60,329 bases of DNA from an uncultured Anaerolineaceae bacterium (GTDB lineage: Bacteria > Chloroflexota > Anaerolineae > Anaerolineales > Anaerolineaceae), in assembly GCA_937863605.1 (NCBI GenBank), contig CALMGN010000035.1, forward strand, positions 1-60,329, read 5' to 3'. Shown here in pieces: positions 46,950-56,584 of the stretch. Under the pieces are notes generated by a model. It saw only the letters and a list, made by a program, of their open reading frames with translations. It did no database searches and was not told the DNA's origin. The translations under genes were made by a program, and so were the position numbers. How positions within the stretch are numbered: position 1 is the stretch's first letter; every line of letters starts with the position of its first letter.

Positions 46950-48194
46950 ATGAATAGCCATCCTGAACTTACCAAAAACCTCAAACATAATTTCATCGTC
47001 AATGTTCTGGATGGAACGTTTTTTGGATTCGGCCTCGGGTTTGCCTCCTTCGCCACCGTCATCCCGTTGTTCGTTTCCAATTTGACCGATTCCGCCACGC
47101 TGATCGGACTCATCCCGGCAGTGCATAACGTCGGCTGGATGCTGCCGCAATTACTGACCGCCAAATCCGTCTCGCGCATGCAGCAATTCAAACCGGCGAC
47201 CATTTTTTGGACCATCATCGAACGGACGCCGTTCCTCGGGTTGGCCATTGTTGCCCTGCTGATGGGCTGGTTGAGCAAACCCGCTGCGCTGGCGCTCACC
47301 TTCCTGTTTCTCATTATCCAGGGCCTTGGCGCGGGCATGACCGCCAACCCCTGGCAAAATATGATCGGCAAGATCATCCCCTCCAACATCCGCGGCACCT
47401 TTTTTGGGGCGCAATCGGGTGCGGCCAACCTGCTGGCCGGCGCCGGAGCAATTGCCGCCGGCTTGATCCTGAACCAGCGCGGCTTCCCCGACGGGTATGC
47501 GCTGGTGTTTCTGGCGTGCATTGGCAGTATGGCGGTTTCGTTTGTGTTTATCTCGATGACCCGCGAGCCGGCGCACAGTGTCGAGCCGCTCCCTTCCGAT
47601 CAAGTTTCCTTCTGGGGGAATGTCCGCCAAATTCTGCGGCGCGATCGCAGCTTCCGCTGGTTTATCGTCAGCCGTTTTGTTTTTCAGTTTGGCACCATGG
47701 CATCCGCTTTCTACACCGTCTATGCGGTCCGGCAGTTGGGCATGGATGCTGCCGAAGCCGGCGTCATGACCAGCGTCCTGTTCATCGTCCAGGTGGCCTC
47801 CAACGGGTTATTTGGCTGGGCAGGGGACAAGATCGGTCATCTGCCGGTGCTGCGCCTGGGAGCCGTCTGTGCGGTCATTGCAGCGGTTGTGGCCTGGCTT
47901 GCGCCTTCCGCGGGCTGGTTTTTCGCTGTAATGGTCTTTGCCGGAATCGCCAATTCCGTGTTCTGGACTATCGGCATGGTGGTAACCCTGGATTTTGGCG
48001 CTGACCAGGACCGGCCGACCTATGTCGGGCTCGCCAACACGCTCATCGCCCCGGCGGCGGTATTGGCGCCCCTGCTGGGTGGCTGGATCGCCGACGGGTT
48101 CAGCTACCAGCACACCTTCGCGGTTGCGGCGGTGCTGGCGCTGGTGTCACTGGTGGTCCTGGTCAGGTTTGTCAAAATACCGCACAAGGCGTGA
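46950..48194 (+). CDS. MFS transporter
   Basis: About 12 hydrophobic segments and motif A-like GWAGDKIGH; start set at ATG 46950. Confidence 0.85.
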   Translation: MNSHPELTKNLKHNFIVNVLDGTFFGFGLGFASFATVIPLFVSNLTDSATLIGLIPAVHNVGWMLPQLLTAKSVSRMQQFKPATIFWTIIERTPFLGLAIVALLMGWLSKPAALALTFLFLIIQGLGAGMTANPWQNMIGKIIPSNIRGTFFGAQSGAANLLAGAGAIAAGLILNQRGFPDGYALVFLACIGSMAVSFVFISMTREPAHSVEPLPSDQVSFWGNVRQILRRDRSFRWFIVSRFVFQFGTMASAFYTVYAVRQLGMDAAEAGVMTSVLFIVQVASNGLFGWAGDKIGHLPVLRLGAVCAVIAAVVAWLAPSAGWFFAVMVFAGIANSVFWTIGMVVTLDFGADQDRPTYVGLANTLIAPAAVLAPLLGGWIADGFSYQHTFAVAAVLALVSLVVLVRFVKIPHKA

Positions 48195-48200
48195 GGTGGT

Positions 48201-48458
48201 TGTCATTCTGAGCCGCAGGCGAAGAATCTCGGCGCTTGGTTGCTCGCAGAGCATCCTGTGGGTGGGGATGCATAGACCGCAACGCGCACCTGAACCACGC
48301 GTAGGGAACGGTCTTGACCGTTCCGAATTGAAGCATGCGGACGGGTCAAGACCCGTTCCTACGGAACACAATCTATATTTCTTATCATCCTGCCCGCACT
48401 CACAGAGCACCCCTCGGGTGAGGTACTTTGGTCGTGAACAAAGGCGAAGAATTTCGCT
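48201..48458. repeat. Cluster of REP-like elements: GTCAT-type copies flanking a GTAG-type REP doublet (REPIN-like)
   Basis: TGTCATTCTGAGCCGCAGGCGAAGAATCTC at 48201-48230. GTAGGGAACGGTCTTGACCGTTCC...GGACGGGTCAAGACCCGTTCCTAC at 48301-48362. Degenerate TATCATCCTG...GGCGAAGAATTTC at ~48382-48457. Confidence 0.7.
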
Positions 48459-48669
48459 ATTGGCAATCGGCGCGCTCGGTCTGGAGACCGGCGCGATCTG
48501 AGTTATGCAGCAGGAACACCATGAACCTCTGCAATTCGTCTGAATAATATTCGATGGTCCCGGCTGCCAGTCGGCGGCTTTGTCTCTCGATGATGAACCC
48601 TTGCAGGTATTCCCCCAAATTCCCCTGAAAAAGTAAAAGAGTCTGTTTGCTTACGGTGACTTTCCCCAT
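48457..48669 (-). pseudogene. Tyrosine recombinase/integrase N-terminal (SAM-like) remnant
   Basis: YLQGFIIERQSRRLAAGTIEYYSDELQRFMVFL resembles the integrase core-binding N-terminus. No catalytic domain follows. It lies just 3' of tRNA-Gln. Confidence 0.6.
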
Positions 48670-48674
48670 AATGC

Positions 48675-48719
48675 GAGAGACCTCCTTAACCGTACCCGTG
48701 GGGGTTAAGAAGGTCTCTC
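48675..48719. terminator. Hairpin downstream of tRNA-Gln
   Basis: GAGAGACCTCCTTAACC...GGTTAAGAAGGTCTCTC. Confidence 0.55.
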
Positions 48720-48742
48720 TACGCCAGATATGCCGTTTTAGG

Positions 48743-48813
48743 CTGGGGGCAAAGGATTCGAACCTCTACAAACAGATTCAGAGTCTGCTGTCCTGCCGTT
48801 AGACGAGCCCCCA
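48743..48813 (-). tRNA. tRNA-Gln (anticodon CTG)
   Basis: Minus strand acceptor TGGGGGC/GCCCCCA, anticodon arm GCAGA-CTCTGAA-TCTGT, GGTTCGAATCC T-arm. Confidence 0.95.
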
Positions 48814-48900
48814 TCTTTGCAGCCGAAATTTTACCACCCTCTCAAACGGATTGCAAGGTTTAGCGCCGCGGGAGTAACCCTGGGCTTCGTCCGCTCCCTG

Positions 48901-48919
48901 GGCTTCGACGGGCTCAGCC
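48901..48919. repeat. REP-like motif (CTTCGAC..GCTCAG family)
   Basis: GGCTTCGACGGGCTCAGCC, preceded by a duplicated CCCTGGGCTTCG. Confidence 0.45.
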
Positions 48920-48947
48920 ACCGGGCGAAGGGCAGCCACAACGGGTC

Positions 48948-50438
48948 CTACATTGCCTCGAGCAGTCCTACGGCACGGCGCATGCGCGCCAACACCTTGT
49001 CCTTGCCGATGATCTCCATGCTCTCGAACAGCGGCGGGCTGACCCGCTGCGCCGTGATGGCTATGCGCATCAAACCGAACACCTGACCGGCCTTCAACCC
49101 GCTCTGCTCCACCAGCTCGCGCATGGGCGGCTCGGCGGTTTCCGGTTTCAGATCTGGCAGGCTTTCGAGAATCGCCAGGATTTTCTTCGCCAGTTCGGCG
49201 GACTCTGCGGATGTCAGATCTTTGATGACCAGCTCCGCGGCGTCCGGCTGGACATCCGGCTTGAAGAAGAAACCCGCCAATTCAGGTGCGTCGTCCATAC
49301 CCTGCAGGCGTTCCTGCACGATGGGCGCAATTTTCGCCAGGGTGGCATCATCCGGCTGGTAGCCTTTTTCGATAAAAAACGGCTTCATACGCTGGACCAG
49401 TTCGTCCAGCGGCAGTGCGCGGATGTGCAGCCCGTTAAAATGGTCTAACTTGGTGAAATTAATGGCTGCCGGCGATGGATTTAGTTTTTCCAGGCTGAAT
49501 TTTTCCACCAGGTCCGGCAGAGTGAAAACTTCAGTGTGGTCATCGTAGCTCCAGCCCATCAATGCCGTCCAATTGACAACCGCCTCGGGCAAGTACCCCA
49601 GCTTCTCCAGATCCTTGACAAAAATCGAGTGGCCGTCCTGGATCAGTTCAGCTGACTCGCGTTTGCTCATTTTGCCCTTGCCGCTTGGCTTGAGGAACAC
49701 CGAGAGATGCACCCAGACCGGTTCCTGCCAGCCGAAAGTGCGGTGAATCAGGCTGTGCAGCGGGAGGGATGGCAGCCATTCCGAGCCGCGAATTACGTGC
49801 GTAATTTTCATCAAATGGTCATCAACCGCTGCCGCCAGGTGGTACAGTGCCAGCCCGTCGGATCTGACTAGAATATAATCATCCAGTGTGCGGTTTTCCA
49901 CCGTGATTTCGCCGCGCAGCAGGTCGGTGACGGTGGTAGTGCCTTCTTGCGGCATTTTGAAGCGGATCACATGCCGCTCGCCGGCTGCCACCCGTGGCTT
50001 GACTTCGTCCGCGCTTAAGTTGCGGCAGGTGCCGTCATAATGCGGCGGCTCTTTGCGCCTTTGCTGCTCGCTGCGCACCAGATCCAGCCGTTCCGGCGTG
50101 CAGAAGCAGGTGAAAGCATGCCCGCTTTCGATCAACTGGTCGGCGTACTGCTGATAGATCTCTTTGCGTTCGGACTGGCGGTAAGGTCCATAATCCCCGC
50201 CGACATCCGGACCCTCATCCCAGTCAATCCCCAGCCAACGCAGGCTGGCATAAATTTCTTCTTCTGCGCCAGGGACGAACCGTCTGCGGTCGCTATCCTC
50301 GATGCGCAGGATAAATTGACCACCGGTCTGGCGAGCCAACAGGTAGTCGTACAGGGCTGTTCGAGCGCCACCAAGATGTAAATGGCCGGTAGGTGACGGT
50401 GCAAAACGCACCCGGACGGGTTGTGAGGATGTTGCCAT
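48948..50438 (-). CDS. gltX: Glutamate--tRNA ligase
   Basis: VRFAPSPTGHLHLGG, LRIED, YRQSER, THVIRG and KMSKR. Confidence 0.97.
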   Translation of the reverse strand: MATSSQPVRVRFAPSPTGHLHLGGARTALYDYLLARQTGGQFILRIEDSDRRRFVPGAEEEIYASLRWLGIDWDEGPDVGGDYGPYRQSERKEIYQQYADQLIESGHAFTCFCTPERLDLVRSEQQRRKEPPHYDGTCRNLSADEVKPRVAAGERHVIRFKMPQEGTTTVTDLLRGEITVENRTLDDYILVRSDGLALYHLAAAVDDHLMKITHVIRGSEWLPSLPLHSLIHRTFGWQEPVWVHLSVFLKPSGKGKMSKRESAELIQDGHSIFVKDLEKLGYLPEAVVNWTALMGWSYDDHTEVFTLPDLVEKFSLEKLNPSPAAINFTKLDHFNGLHIRALPLDELVQRMKPFFIEKGYQPDDATLAKIAPIVQERLQGMDDAPELAGFFFKPDVQPDAAELVIKDLTSAESAELAKKILAILESLPDLKPETAEPPMRELVEQSGLKAGQVFGLMRIAITAQRVSPPLFESMEIIGKDKVLARMRRAVGLLEAM

Positions 50439-50446
50439 GATTCTCC

Positions 50447-51574
50447 TTAAAAATCGAGGGTCTGGCTGTGGGCAGCGACGCTCTCAACCAATCCAATGCC
50501 AAGCACGAGCGATAACAAAGAACTGCCGCCATAACTGACAAAAGGCAAGGTTAGCCCGGTCACCGGCAGCACGTTCAAATTAACCCCAATATTAACGGCC
50601 ATTTGAAAAAAGATCAATGTCGCAATTCCATAGGCGATCAAAGCCCCAAACGTGTCCATCGACTTGCGCGCCACATACAAACAGCGAATGACCACAAAAA
50701 TCAGCAGCGCCATCACAATCGCCGTACCGACGAAACCGAACTCCTCCGCCATCGCCGAGAAAATGAAGTCGGTGTGGCGCACCTTGAGGAAGCGCAGCTG
50801 CACCTGGGTGCCGTTGCCATATCCCGCGCCAAACCAGCCGCCGGAGCCGATACTGATCAGCGCCTGTTCGATGTTGTATTGTTCGCCGTGGGTTGCATTC
50901 GGGTCGCGGTAGACAAAATTGACCACGCGCTGCAGCTGGTATCCTTCGATAAGCGGGATCTTGACGCCGTTGACCACCAATAACAGGAACAATGCTAGCA
51001 CAACGACCGCCAACCCGCCGAAGATCAAGATGTACTTGAGTTCTAGCCCGCTGATCCACAGCATCGAAAACCAGATCACCATTAGCACGATGGATGTGCT
51101 CAAATTGGGTTGGAGCAGCACCCAGATGGTCATGCCCATGGTGATGCCAAAACTCTTCAGGATCCAGATTAAATTATGTGGATCGTCCATGGTGTTGGAA
51201 AAATAATTCGCCAGCGCAATGATCAGGATGATCTTGCCAAGCTCTGAGGGTTGGATATTGATGCCGCCGACCTCAAACCAGCGGGTTGAACCAAAGGCCG
51301 CGTCGCCGATCAGGTAAATACCGATCAGCAGCACAATCCCGCCGGTGTAGAGCAGACGGGTCGTGGAAGCCCAGGTACGGTAATTGACGGCTGCCAGCAC
51401 TAAAATGAGGGCCAACCCAAGCCCGACAAAAATGGTCTGATTGCGCGGGCTGGTAGCCAGTTCCGCATTCCCGGCAATGGCAGAGCGAATCATGACAATG
51501 CCGAAAACCGAGAGCAGCAGCACTGCCCCGAACAGCCAATAGTCAAAATGCCGCCAGGTTTCGCGCCTTAACAT
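50447..51574 (-). CDS. rodA: Rod shape-determining SEDS protein RodA
   Basis: IQPSELGK, IGSGG, HTDFIF..EEFG and LPVTGLTLPFVSYGGSS; follows PBP2. Confidence 0.93.
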   Translation of the reverse strand: MLRRETWRHFDYWLFGAVLLLSVFGIVMIRSAIAGNAELATSPRNQTIFVGLGLALILVLAAVNYRTWASTTRLLYTGGIVLLIGIYLIGDAAFGSTRWFEVGGINIQPSELGKIILIIALANYFSNTMDDPHNLIWILKSFGITMGMTIWVLLQPNLSTSIVLMVIWFSMLWISGLELKYILIFGGLAVVVLALFLLLVVNGVKIPLIEGYQLQRVVNFVYRDPNATHGEQYNIEQALISIGSGGWFGAGYGNGTQVQLRFLKVRHTDFIFSAMAEEFGFVGTAIVMALLIFVVIRCLYVARKSMDTFGALIAYGIATLIFFQMAVNIGVNLNVLPVTGLTLPFVSYGGSSLLSLVLGIGLVESVAAHSQTLDF

Positions 51575-51699
51575 CGTGTCCTCATCAAAATATTGCCAAG
51601 CACTCGATCATTCAACTTTCTTACCTGTAACCACCACCGCAGAATTATAGCAAATCCGCTGTGTCGCAAAGGGATTTGGTATACATTTCCCAGCCCGCA

Positions 51700-53766
51700 T
51701 TAAGGCTTTTCAGCGGTTTTCAATTCGAAATAGGCCTCCATGACCTGCCGTGCAACCGGTGCGGCTAAAATCGCGCCTTCATCGCCGTCATAAACAAAAA
51801 CCACTACCGCGATTTCCGGGTTGTCAAAGGGAGCGTAGCCAACATACCAGGCGTGTGCCGGCCAACTGCCAGAAACACAAAGCCCTAAGGGGCGGGCAAT
51901 GTCATCGCAGTATTCAGCCGTGCCTGTTTTTCCAGCGGTTTGAATTTCAGCATCTTCGAAAATGCTTTCCGCCGTTCCCGAGACGACCACCTCGCGCATC
52001 CCCACTTTGGCAAGGTCAACCACCCAGGGCTCGACCACTTTGACCTCGTCCGTCTGGAAGAAATTCTCGTCGTAAACATGAATGAGTGGATCTTTGGTGA
52101 TATCCCACAGCATATCCGGTTCGAACGGTTTGATCACATTGCCTTCGCTGTCCAATATCTCTTTGACCAGCGTGGGGCGCATCAATTTGCCGTCATTTGC
52201 CAGGGCAGCCACTGACACTAGCACCTGCAGCGGGGTGGATAACACATAGCCCTGTCCAATGGTGGAGATATAAGTATCACCGGTTGACCAGTTTTCTCCA
52301 ACGGTGATGCGTTTCCAATTTGGATCGGGAATTAATCCATTCTGCTCACCAGGCAATTCGATGCCAAGCACCTGACCGTAGCCCAAAGCGCGGGCGTACT
52401 CTCCTAAACGCCAGATGTTCAAACCTGCCGGTACCTCGTCTTTATACCCCCCGCCGACTTTGTAGAAATAGACGTCGCAGGATTGTGACAGGCCGCCAAG
52501 GAAATCCAAATCTCCATGGGATCCGCCGGATTTAAAGATCCAACACACGTAGTCGCGGGTTCTAGGATTCGGGTCGTTTTCAAAGAATTTCTCTTCAATC
52601 GAAATCTTCCCGGGATCATTTATGAGTTGATCCGGTGTGACGACACCTTCATTCAAAATGCCGATGGCAGCTGCCATCTTGAACACCGACCCTGGTGGAT
52701 GTTCCGCCGATATGGCGTGATTAAAGAGCGGTTTATGCGGATCCTCGTTTAATTGATTGTAGTAATAAGCCGGTATCAACCGCGCCATGCGGTTGTTTTC
52801 ATAACTGGGGTACGAGACCAGCGACAGGATTTCGCCGGTTTTTGGGTTCATGGCAATGACCACCCCGCTGGTGTAGGGTCTGCCCAACTGAAGGCTTTTC
52901 CGTTCCATCCAATTGACCAGAGCTGCTTTTGCTGCCGCTTGCAAGCGCGTGTCGATCGTCAACGTGATACTGTTACCCGCCACCGGTTCAATAGGTGCTT
53001 CGAGGTTGCGCAGAATCTGACCGGAGTTGTCCACTTCCACCACGCGTGACCCGTTTTTACCGATCAAAATATCGTTCAGGTAATTTTCAATACCGGCGTA
53101 GCCAACTTTATCCCGGTTGGCAACAAAACCCAGGTTTTCCCAGTAATCCTGTTCGATTGCCGGAATAGGACCTAAAAATCCGACCACTTCCGCAGTGGTT
53201 TCACCCGTCGGGTATTCGCGCACGGCTTCGATCTCAATGGATACGCCAGCAAGGTCGGAAGATTGTTCCTGAATGATTCGGGCAGTCATTTCGTCAATGT
53301 TGCATTTGATCCGAACCGGGTCATAGGGAGCCAGGGAATCACCAATATATACAATCTGAGAGATCCCAAGATCGGTCTGGCATGGAGTAAAGTTGCGTAC
53401 GGTTTCTGCTTCGGTATTGCCGAAATTGACGGGGATATCGATCAAATCGGATAGCCGCCGGTAAACTTCCTGAATCGCTCCCTCATCGCCTGGCAAATTA
53501 GCCGGCGTGACGACCACATTATAAGATGCCTCATTTCGAGCCAGCACAATGCCGTTGCGGTCAAAAATTTGACCACGGGTGGTCGTAACGCTGATTTCCC
53601 GGGTGCGATTATCCACCGCCCGGGTCAAATAATCCTCACCCTGTACCACTTGCAGCGTAAATAGCCGCACCAGGAAAAACAGAAACACCACACCAATCAA
53701 AACATACACGATGAGCAGCCGTCCGCGGCTTATTTCATTTTTAGGTTCAAGTGATTGTCGGTTCAT
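51700..53766 (-). CDS. mrdA: Penicillin-binding protein 2
   Basis: N-terminal TM, RGQIFDRNG, SVFK (SxxK), SCD (SxD) and KTGT; located in the mre cluster. Confidence 0.93.
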   Translation of the reverse strand: MNRQSLEPKNEISRGRLLIVYVLIGVVFLFFLVRLFTLQVVQGEDYLTRAVDNRTREISVTTTRGQIFDRNGIVLARNEASYNVVVTPANLPGDEGAIQEVYRRLSDLIDIPVNFGNTEAETVRNFTPCQTDLGISQIVYIGDSLAPYDPVRIKCNIDEMTARIIQEQSSDLAGVSIEIEAVREYPTGETTAEVVGFLGPIPAIEQDYWENLGFVANRDKVGYAGIENYLNDILIGKNGSRVVEVDNSGQILRNLEAPIEPVAGNSITLTIDTRLQAAAKAALVNWMERKSLQLGRPYTSGVVIAMNPKTGEILSLVSYPSYENNRMARLIPAYYYNQLNEDPHKPLFNHAISAEHPPGSVFKMAAAIGILNEGVVTPDQLINDPGKISIEEKFFENDPNPRTRDYVCWIFKSGGSHGDLDFLGGLSQSCDVYFYKVGGGYKDEVPAGLNIWRLGEYARALGYGQVLGIELPGEQNGLIPDPNWKRITVGENWSTGDTYISTIGQGYVLSTPLQVLVSVAALANDGKLMRPTLVKEILDSEGNVIKPFEPDMLWDITKDPLIHVYDENFFQTDEVKVVEPWVVDLAKVGMREVVVSGTAESIFEDAEIQTAGKTGTAEYCDDIARPLGLCVSGSWPAHAWYVGYAPFDNPEIAVVVFVYDGDEGAILAAPVARQVMEAYFELKTAEKP

Positions 53767-53770
53767 ACGA

Positions 53771-54268
53771 TTAAGCAATTTCTGCCGGGTATATCCAATG
53801 CGCCAGATCCGTGATCAGCGTATATACCGGTAATGCTAACATAAGATTGATCAGCGCGCTTGGCAGCGTGACCAGGGTAAGGCTGTCGCCGATAGGCAGT
53901 CCGCGTCCAGTAATTTGAAGAACTGCCAGCGACAGACCGTGATAGATCAAGGTGGTGGAAAAAGTTGTGACGAACATCGCCAACAGCTGGGTTTGCCATA
54001 CCTGGCGCCGCAACAATAAGGCGATACCGGTGGCAATCAAGTACCCAAAAATGGGCATGTAAAACGGCAGTCCGGACACCAGCGTGACCATGATCCCGCC
54101 GAGCAGCGTCCATAACCAGGCAGTGCGGACGCGTTCCTGCAATGCCCAGGCCACCAACACCAGCAGCATTAAATCGGCGGTACCGTGCAGCAGCGGTAAT
54201 CGGCTGATGATAGCCAATTGCACCATCAGGGTGATGATTAATACTGGAAAGGCTGCCAGCGATCCCAT
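53771..54268 (-). CDS. mreD: Rod shape-determining protein MreD
   Basis: 165-aa integral membrane protein between mreC and PBP2, with a DLMLLVLVAW motif. Confidence 0.8.
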   Translation of the reverse strand: MGSLAAFPVLIITLMVQLAIISRLPLLHGTADLMLLVLVAWALQERVRTAWLWTLLGGIMVTLVSGLPFYMPIFGYLIATGIALLLRRQVWQTQLLAMFVTTFSTTLIYHGLSLAVLQITGRGLPIGDSLTLVTLPSALINLMLALPVYTLITDLAHWIYPAEIA

Positions 54269-54273
54269 GAAGA

Positions 54274-55116
54274 TTACGGATTGGTGGGAATAAGCGGTGA
54301 AATATCCACGGGGCGAAAGTTGGTGATGACCAGCACCGCTTGCAGGGAACCAAAATCGACCACCGACTGGATACTGGCGGATTGGAATAAGTTGGTACCG
54401 GATGAACGGACACTGATCACCTGCCCGACCAACAAGTCAGCAGGATAACCGCCGCCAAGTCCGGAGGTTAACACGATTTCTCCCGGCAGGAGGGTCGTGT
54501 CCTGAGAAACCAGGCCCAACTCGATTTCACCAGTCACCGAACCAGTAATTTGCGCCTCGGTTCGGGTAGATTGCAGCCGCACATTGACGGTCGAGCCGGG
54601 ATCGGTAATCAACTGAACGCGGGCAGCAGTGGCGGTCAACGCGTCGATCCGCCCGACTAATCCCTGGTCGGTAATGACTGGCATGCCGTGGCGCAACCCG
54701 TGATCAGACCCGTGATCGATAATCACATAGTGTAGAAAAGGACTGGGATCCCGGCCGATGACCGCTGCCGCAACGTACTGACTTTCAGGCCTGCCGCGAG
54801 CAAAGCCAAGCAGTGCATACAAGACCTGAGCTTCGCGCAGCTGCTGCTCGAGCTCAATAATTTGAGTCTGCAATCCCGCTACCTCGGATTTCAACGCCTG
54901 GTTCTGTGAGCGCAGGCTGGCAATATCGCGCGGGACGGTAACGAATTCATAAACCACCATAAAACGGGACGAAAGCCAGGTTTGCGCCGAGACTAACGGG
55001 CTTATGGCAGCGCGAAAAAGCGGCTGCATATAGCCGCTCAATGCAAAGATGACCAGGCCCACAACAACAATTCCAATGGTTGCTGAACGAAAGAACTGAG
55101 AGCCACTTGTTTTCAT
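54274..55116 (-). CDS. mreC: Rod shape-determining protein MreC
   Basis: TM plus coiled coil, IDHGS..G, GLVGRI, VQLITDP and TSGLGGGYP. Confidence 0.93.
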   Translation of the reverse strand: MKTSGSQFFRSATIGIVVVGLVIFALSGYMQPLFRAAISPLVSAQTWLSSRFMVVYEFVTVPRDIASLRSQNQALKSEVAGLQTQIIELEQQLREAQVLYALLGFARGRPESQYVAAAVIGRDPSPFLHYVIIDHGSDHGLRHGMPVITDQGLVGRIDALTATAARVQLITDPGSTVNVRLQSTRTEAQITGSVTGEIELGLVSQDTTLLPGEIVLTSGLGGGYPADLLVGQVISVRSSGTNLFQSASIQSVVDFGSLQAVLVITNFRPVDISPLIPTNP

Positions 55117-55175
55117 GGATAAAAGGTCCTACAGGCCGAATAGTCAGCGGAAATATTCCACTGACCTCTGACAGC

Positions 55176-56237
55176 CTAGCGTCCTCCGCCCCGGTCCAGG
55201 CCGACCAGGAAATCGTTGTACTTATCCAGGTCCTCAAGGATCATGCCGGCGCCGCGGGCAACACAGGTCATCGGATCTTCCGCGACCCACACACGCAGGC
55301 GGAGTTCGTCCGCCAAACGCTCCCGCAGCCCACCCAACAAGGCCCCGCCGCCTGCCAGGCAAATGCCGGTTTCGATTAGATCGGATACGATTTCTGGAGG
55401 ACTTTCGTCCAGCGCGTCTTTGATCGTATCGACAATCACCTGAACGGAGCCGGAGACGGCTTCGCGAATTTCTACGGATGAAATTTCAAGGGATTCGGGC
55501 AAGCCGCTGATCAGGTTGCGCCCGCGAACAGTCATAGTTTTTTCAGTGGGCAAAGGGTAAGCCGAGCCGATTTGCATTTTAACCTGTTCAGCCATCCGCT
55601 CGCCAATTAAAAGGTTGTACTTGTTGCGGATGTACTGAATGATGTCCTGGTCGAGTTCATCACCGGCGACGCGCAGGGATCTTGAAACCACAATCCCGCC
55701 CATCGAGATGACCGCCACTTCGGTCGTGCCGCCGCCGATATCCACCACCATGCTGCCCTGCACTTCTGATACGGGCAGTCCGGCGCCTAATGCAGCTGCT
55801 CGCGGTTCCTCGATAAGATAAGTCTCACGGGCACCAGCTGACATGGCAGCGTCATAGACGGCGCGTTTCTCAACTTCAGTCGCACCTGAGGGGATGCCCA
55901 CCACCACCCGCGGCCGGGGCATCGGGACAATGGTTTGTTGGTGCGCTTTACCGATGAAATACCCAAGCATCGCCTGGGTGATTTCAAATTCGGAAATCAC
56001 GCCATCACGCAGCGGCCGAATCGCAACAACGTTGGCCGGTGTACGGCCAACCATTTCCTTCGCTTGCAGGCCAATAGCCAATGGACGCCGAGTTCGTTTG
56101 TCTACTGCCACCCAGGACGGCTCATTGATTACGATTCCTTTTCCCCGGACGTTGACCAGCGTGTTCGCTGTCCCCAAATCAATCCCGATGTCCAGAGAGA
56201 ACAATCCCATCAGCCAATTGAAAGGATTGAACGCCAA
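55176..56237 (-). CDS. mreB: Actin-like MreB
   Basis: IGIDLGTANT, IRPLRDGVI, DIGGGTTEVA, LLIGERMAE and LAGGGAL. Confidence 0.97.
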   Translation of the reverse strand: MAFNPFNWLMGLFSLDIGIDLGTANTLVNVRGKGIVINEPSWVAVDKRTRRPLAIGLQAKEMVGRTPANVVAIRPLRDGVISEFEITQAMLGYFIGKAHQQTIVPMPRPRVVVGIPSGATEVEKRAVYDAAMSAGARETYLIEEPRAAALGAGLPVSEVQGSMVVDIGGGTTEVAVISMGGIVVSRSLRVAGDELDQDIIQYIRNKYNLLIGERMAEQVKMQIGSAYPLPTEKTMTVRGRNLISGLPESLEISSVEIREAVSGSVQVIVDTIKDALDESPPEIVSDLIETGICLAGGGALLGGLRERLADELRLRVWVAEDPMTCVARGAGMILEDLDKYNDFLVGLDRGGGR

Positions 56238-56379
56238 TATTTACTCCTATTCCCTGAGGGCACTACGGCTACAGTCAAAGTTCATTGAAGAGAAATTATA
56301 CCATACACAATTTATCGGCCTTAATATTATTTTAAGCGGAAACACGCCTGTTAATGACCTCTGATCGTAGAGCGCGCGC

Positions 56380-56408
56380 TTGACATTCCTGTTCAGCGCG
56401 CATATAAT
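56380..56408 (+). promoter_or_regulatory. Consensus sigma70 promoter for tRNA-Gly
   Basis: TTGACA (56380-56385), 17-nt spacer, TATAAT (56403-56408). Confidence 0.9.
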
Positions 56409-56420
56409 CCAAATCTGCCA

Positions 56421-56492
56421 GCGGGTGTAGTTCAGTGGTAGAACGTTTGCTTCCCAAGCAAAATGTCGTCGGTTCGAGTCCGATCACCCGCT
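56421..56492 (+). tRNA. tRNA-Gly (anticodon CCC)
   Basis: Acceptor GCGGGTG/CACCCGC, anticodon arm TTTGC-TTCCCAA-GCAAA, GGTTCGAGTCC T-arm. Confidence 0.95.
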
Positions 56493-56508
56493 CTTTGGGT
56501 CAAATTAT

Positions 56509-56541
56509 AAAAAAAAACGGAAGCGTTTCTGCTTCCGTTTT
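56509..56541. terminator. Bidirectional terminator
   Basis: A-run, CGGAAGC stem, loop, GCTTCCG stem, TTTT. Confidence 0.8.
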
Positions 56542-56584
56542 GCGGTTTTAGTGACCAGATTTATCCATGGGCCAGCCAGCGGCA

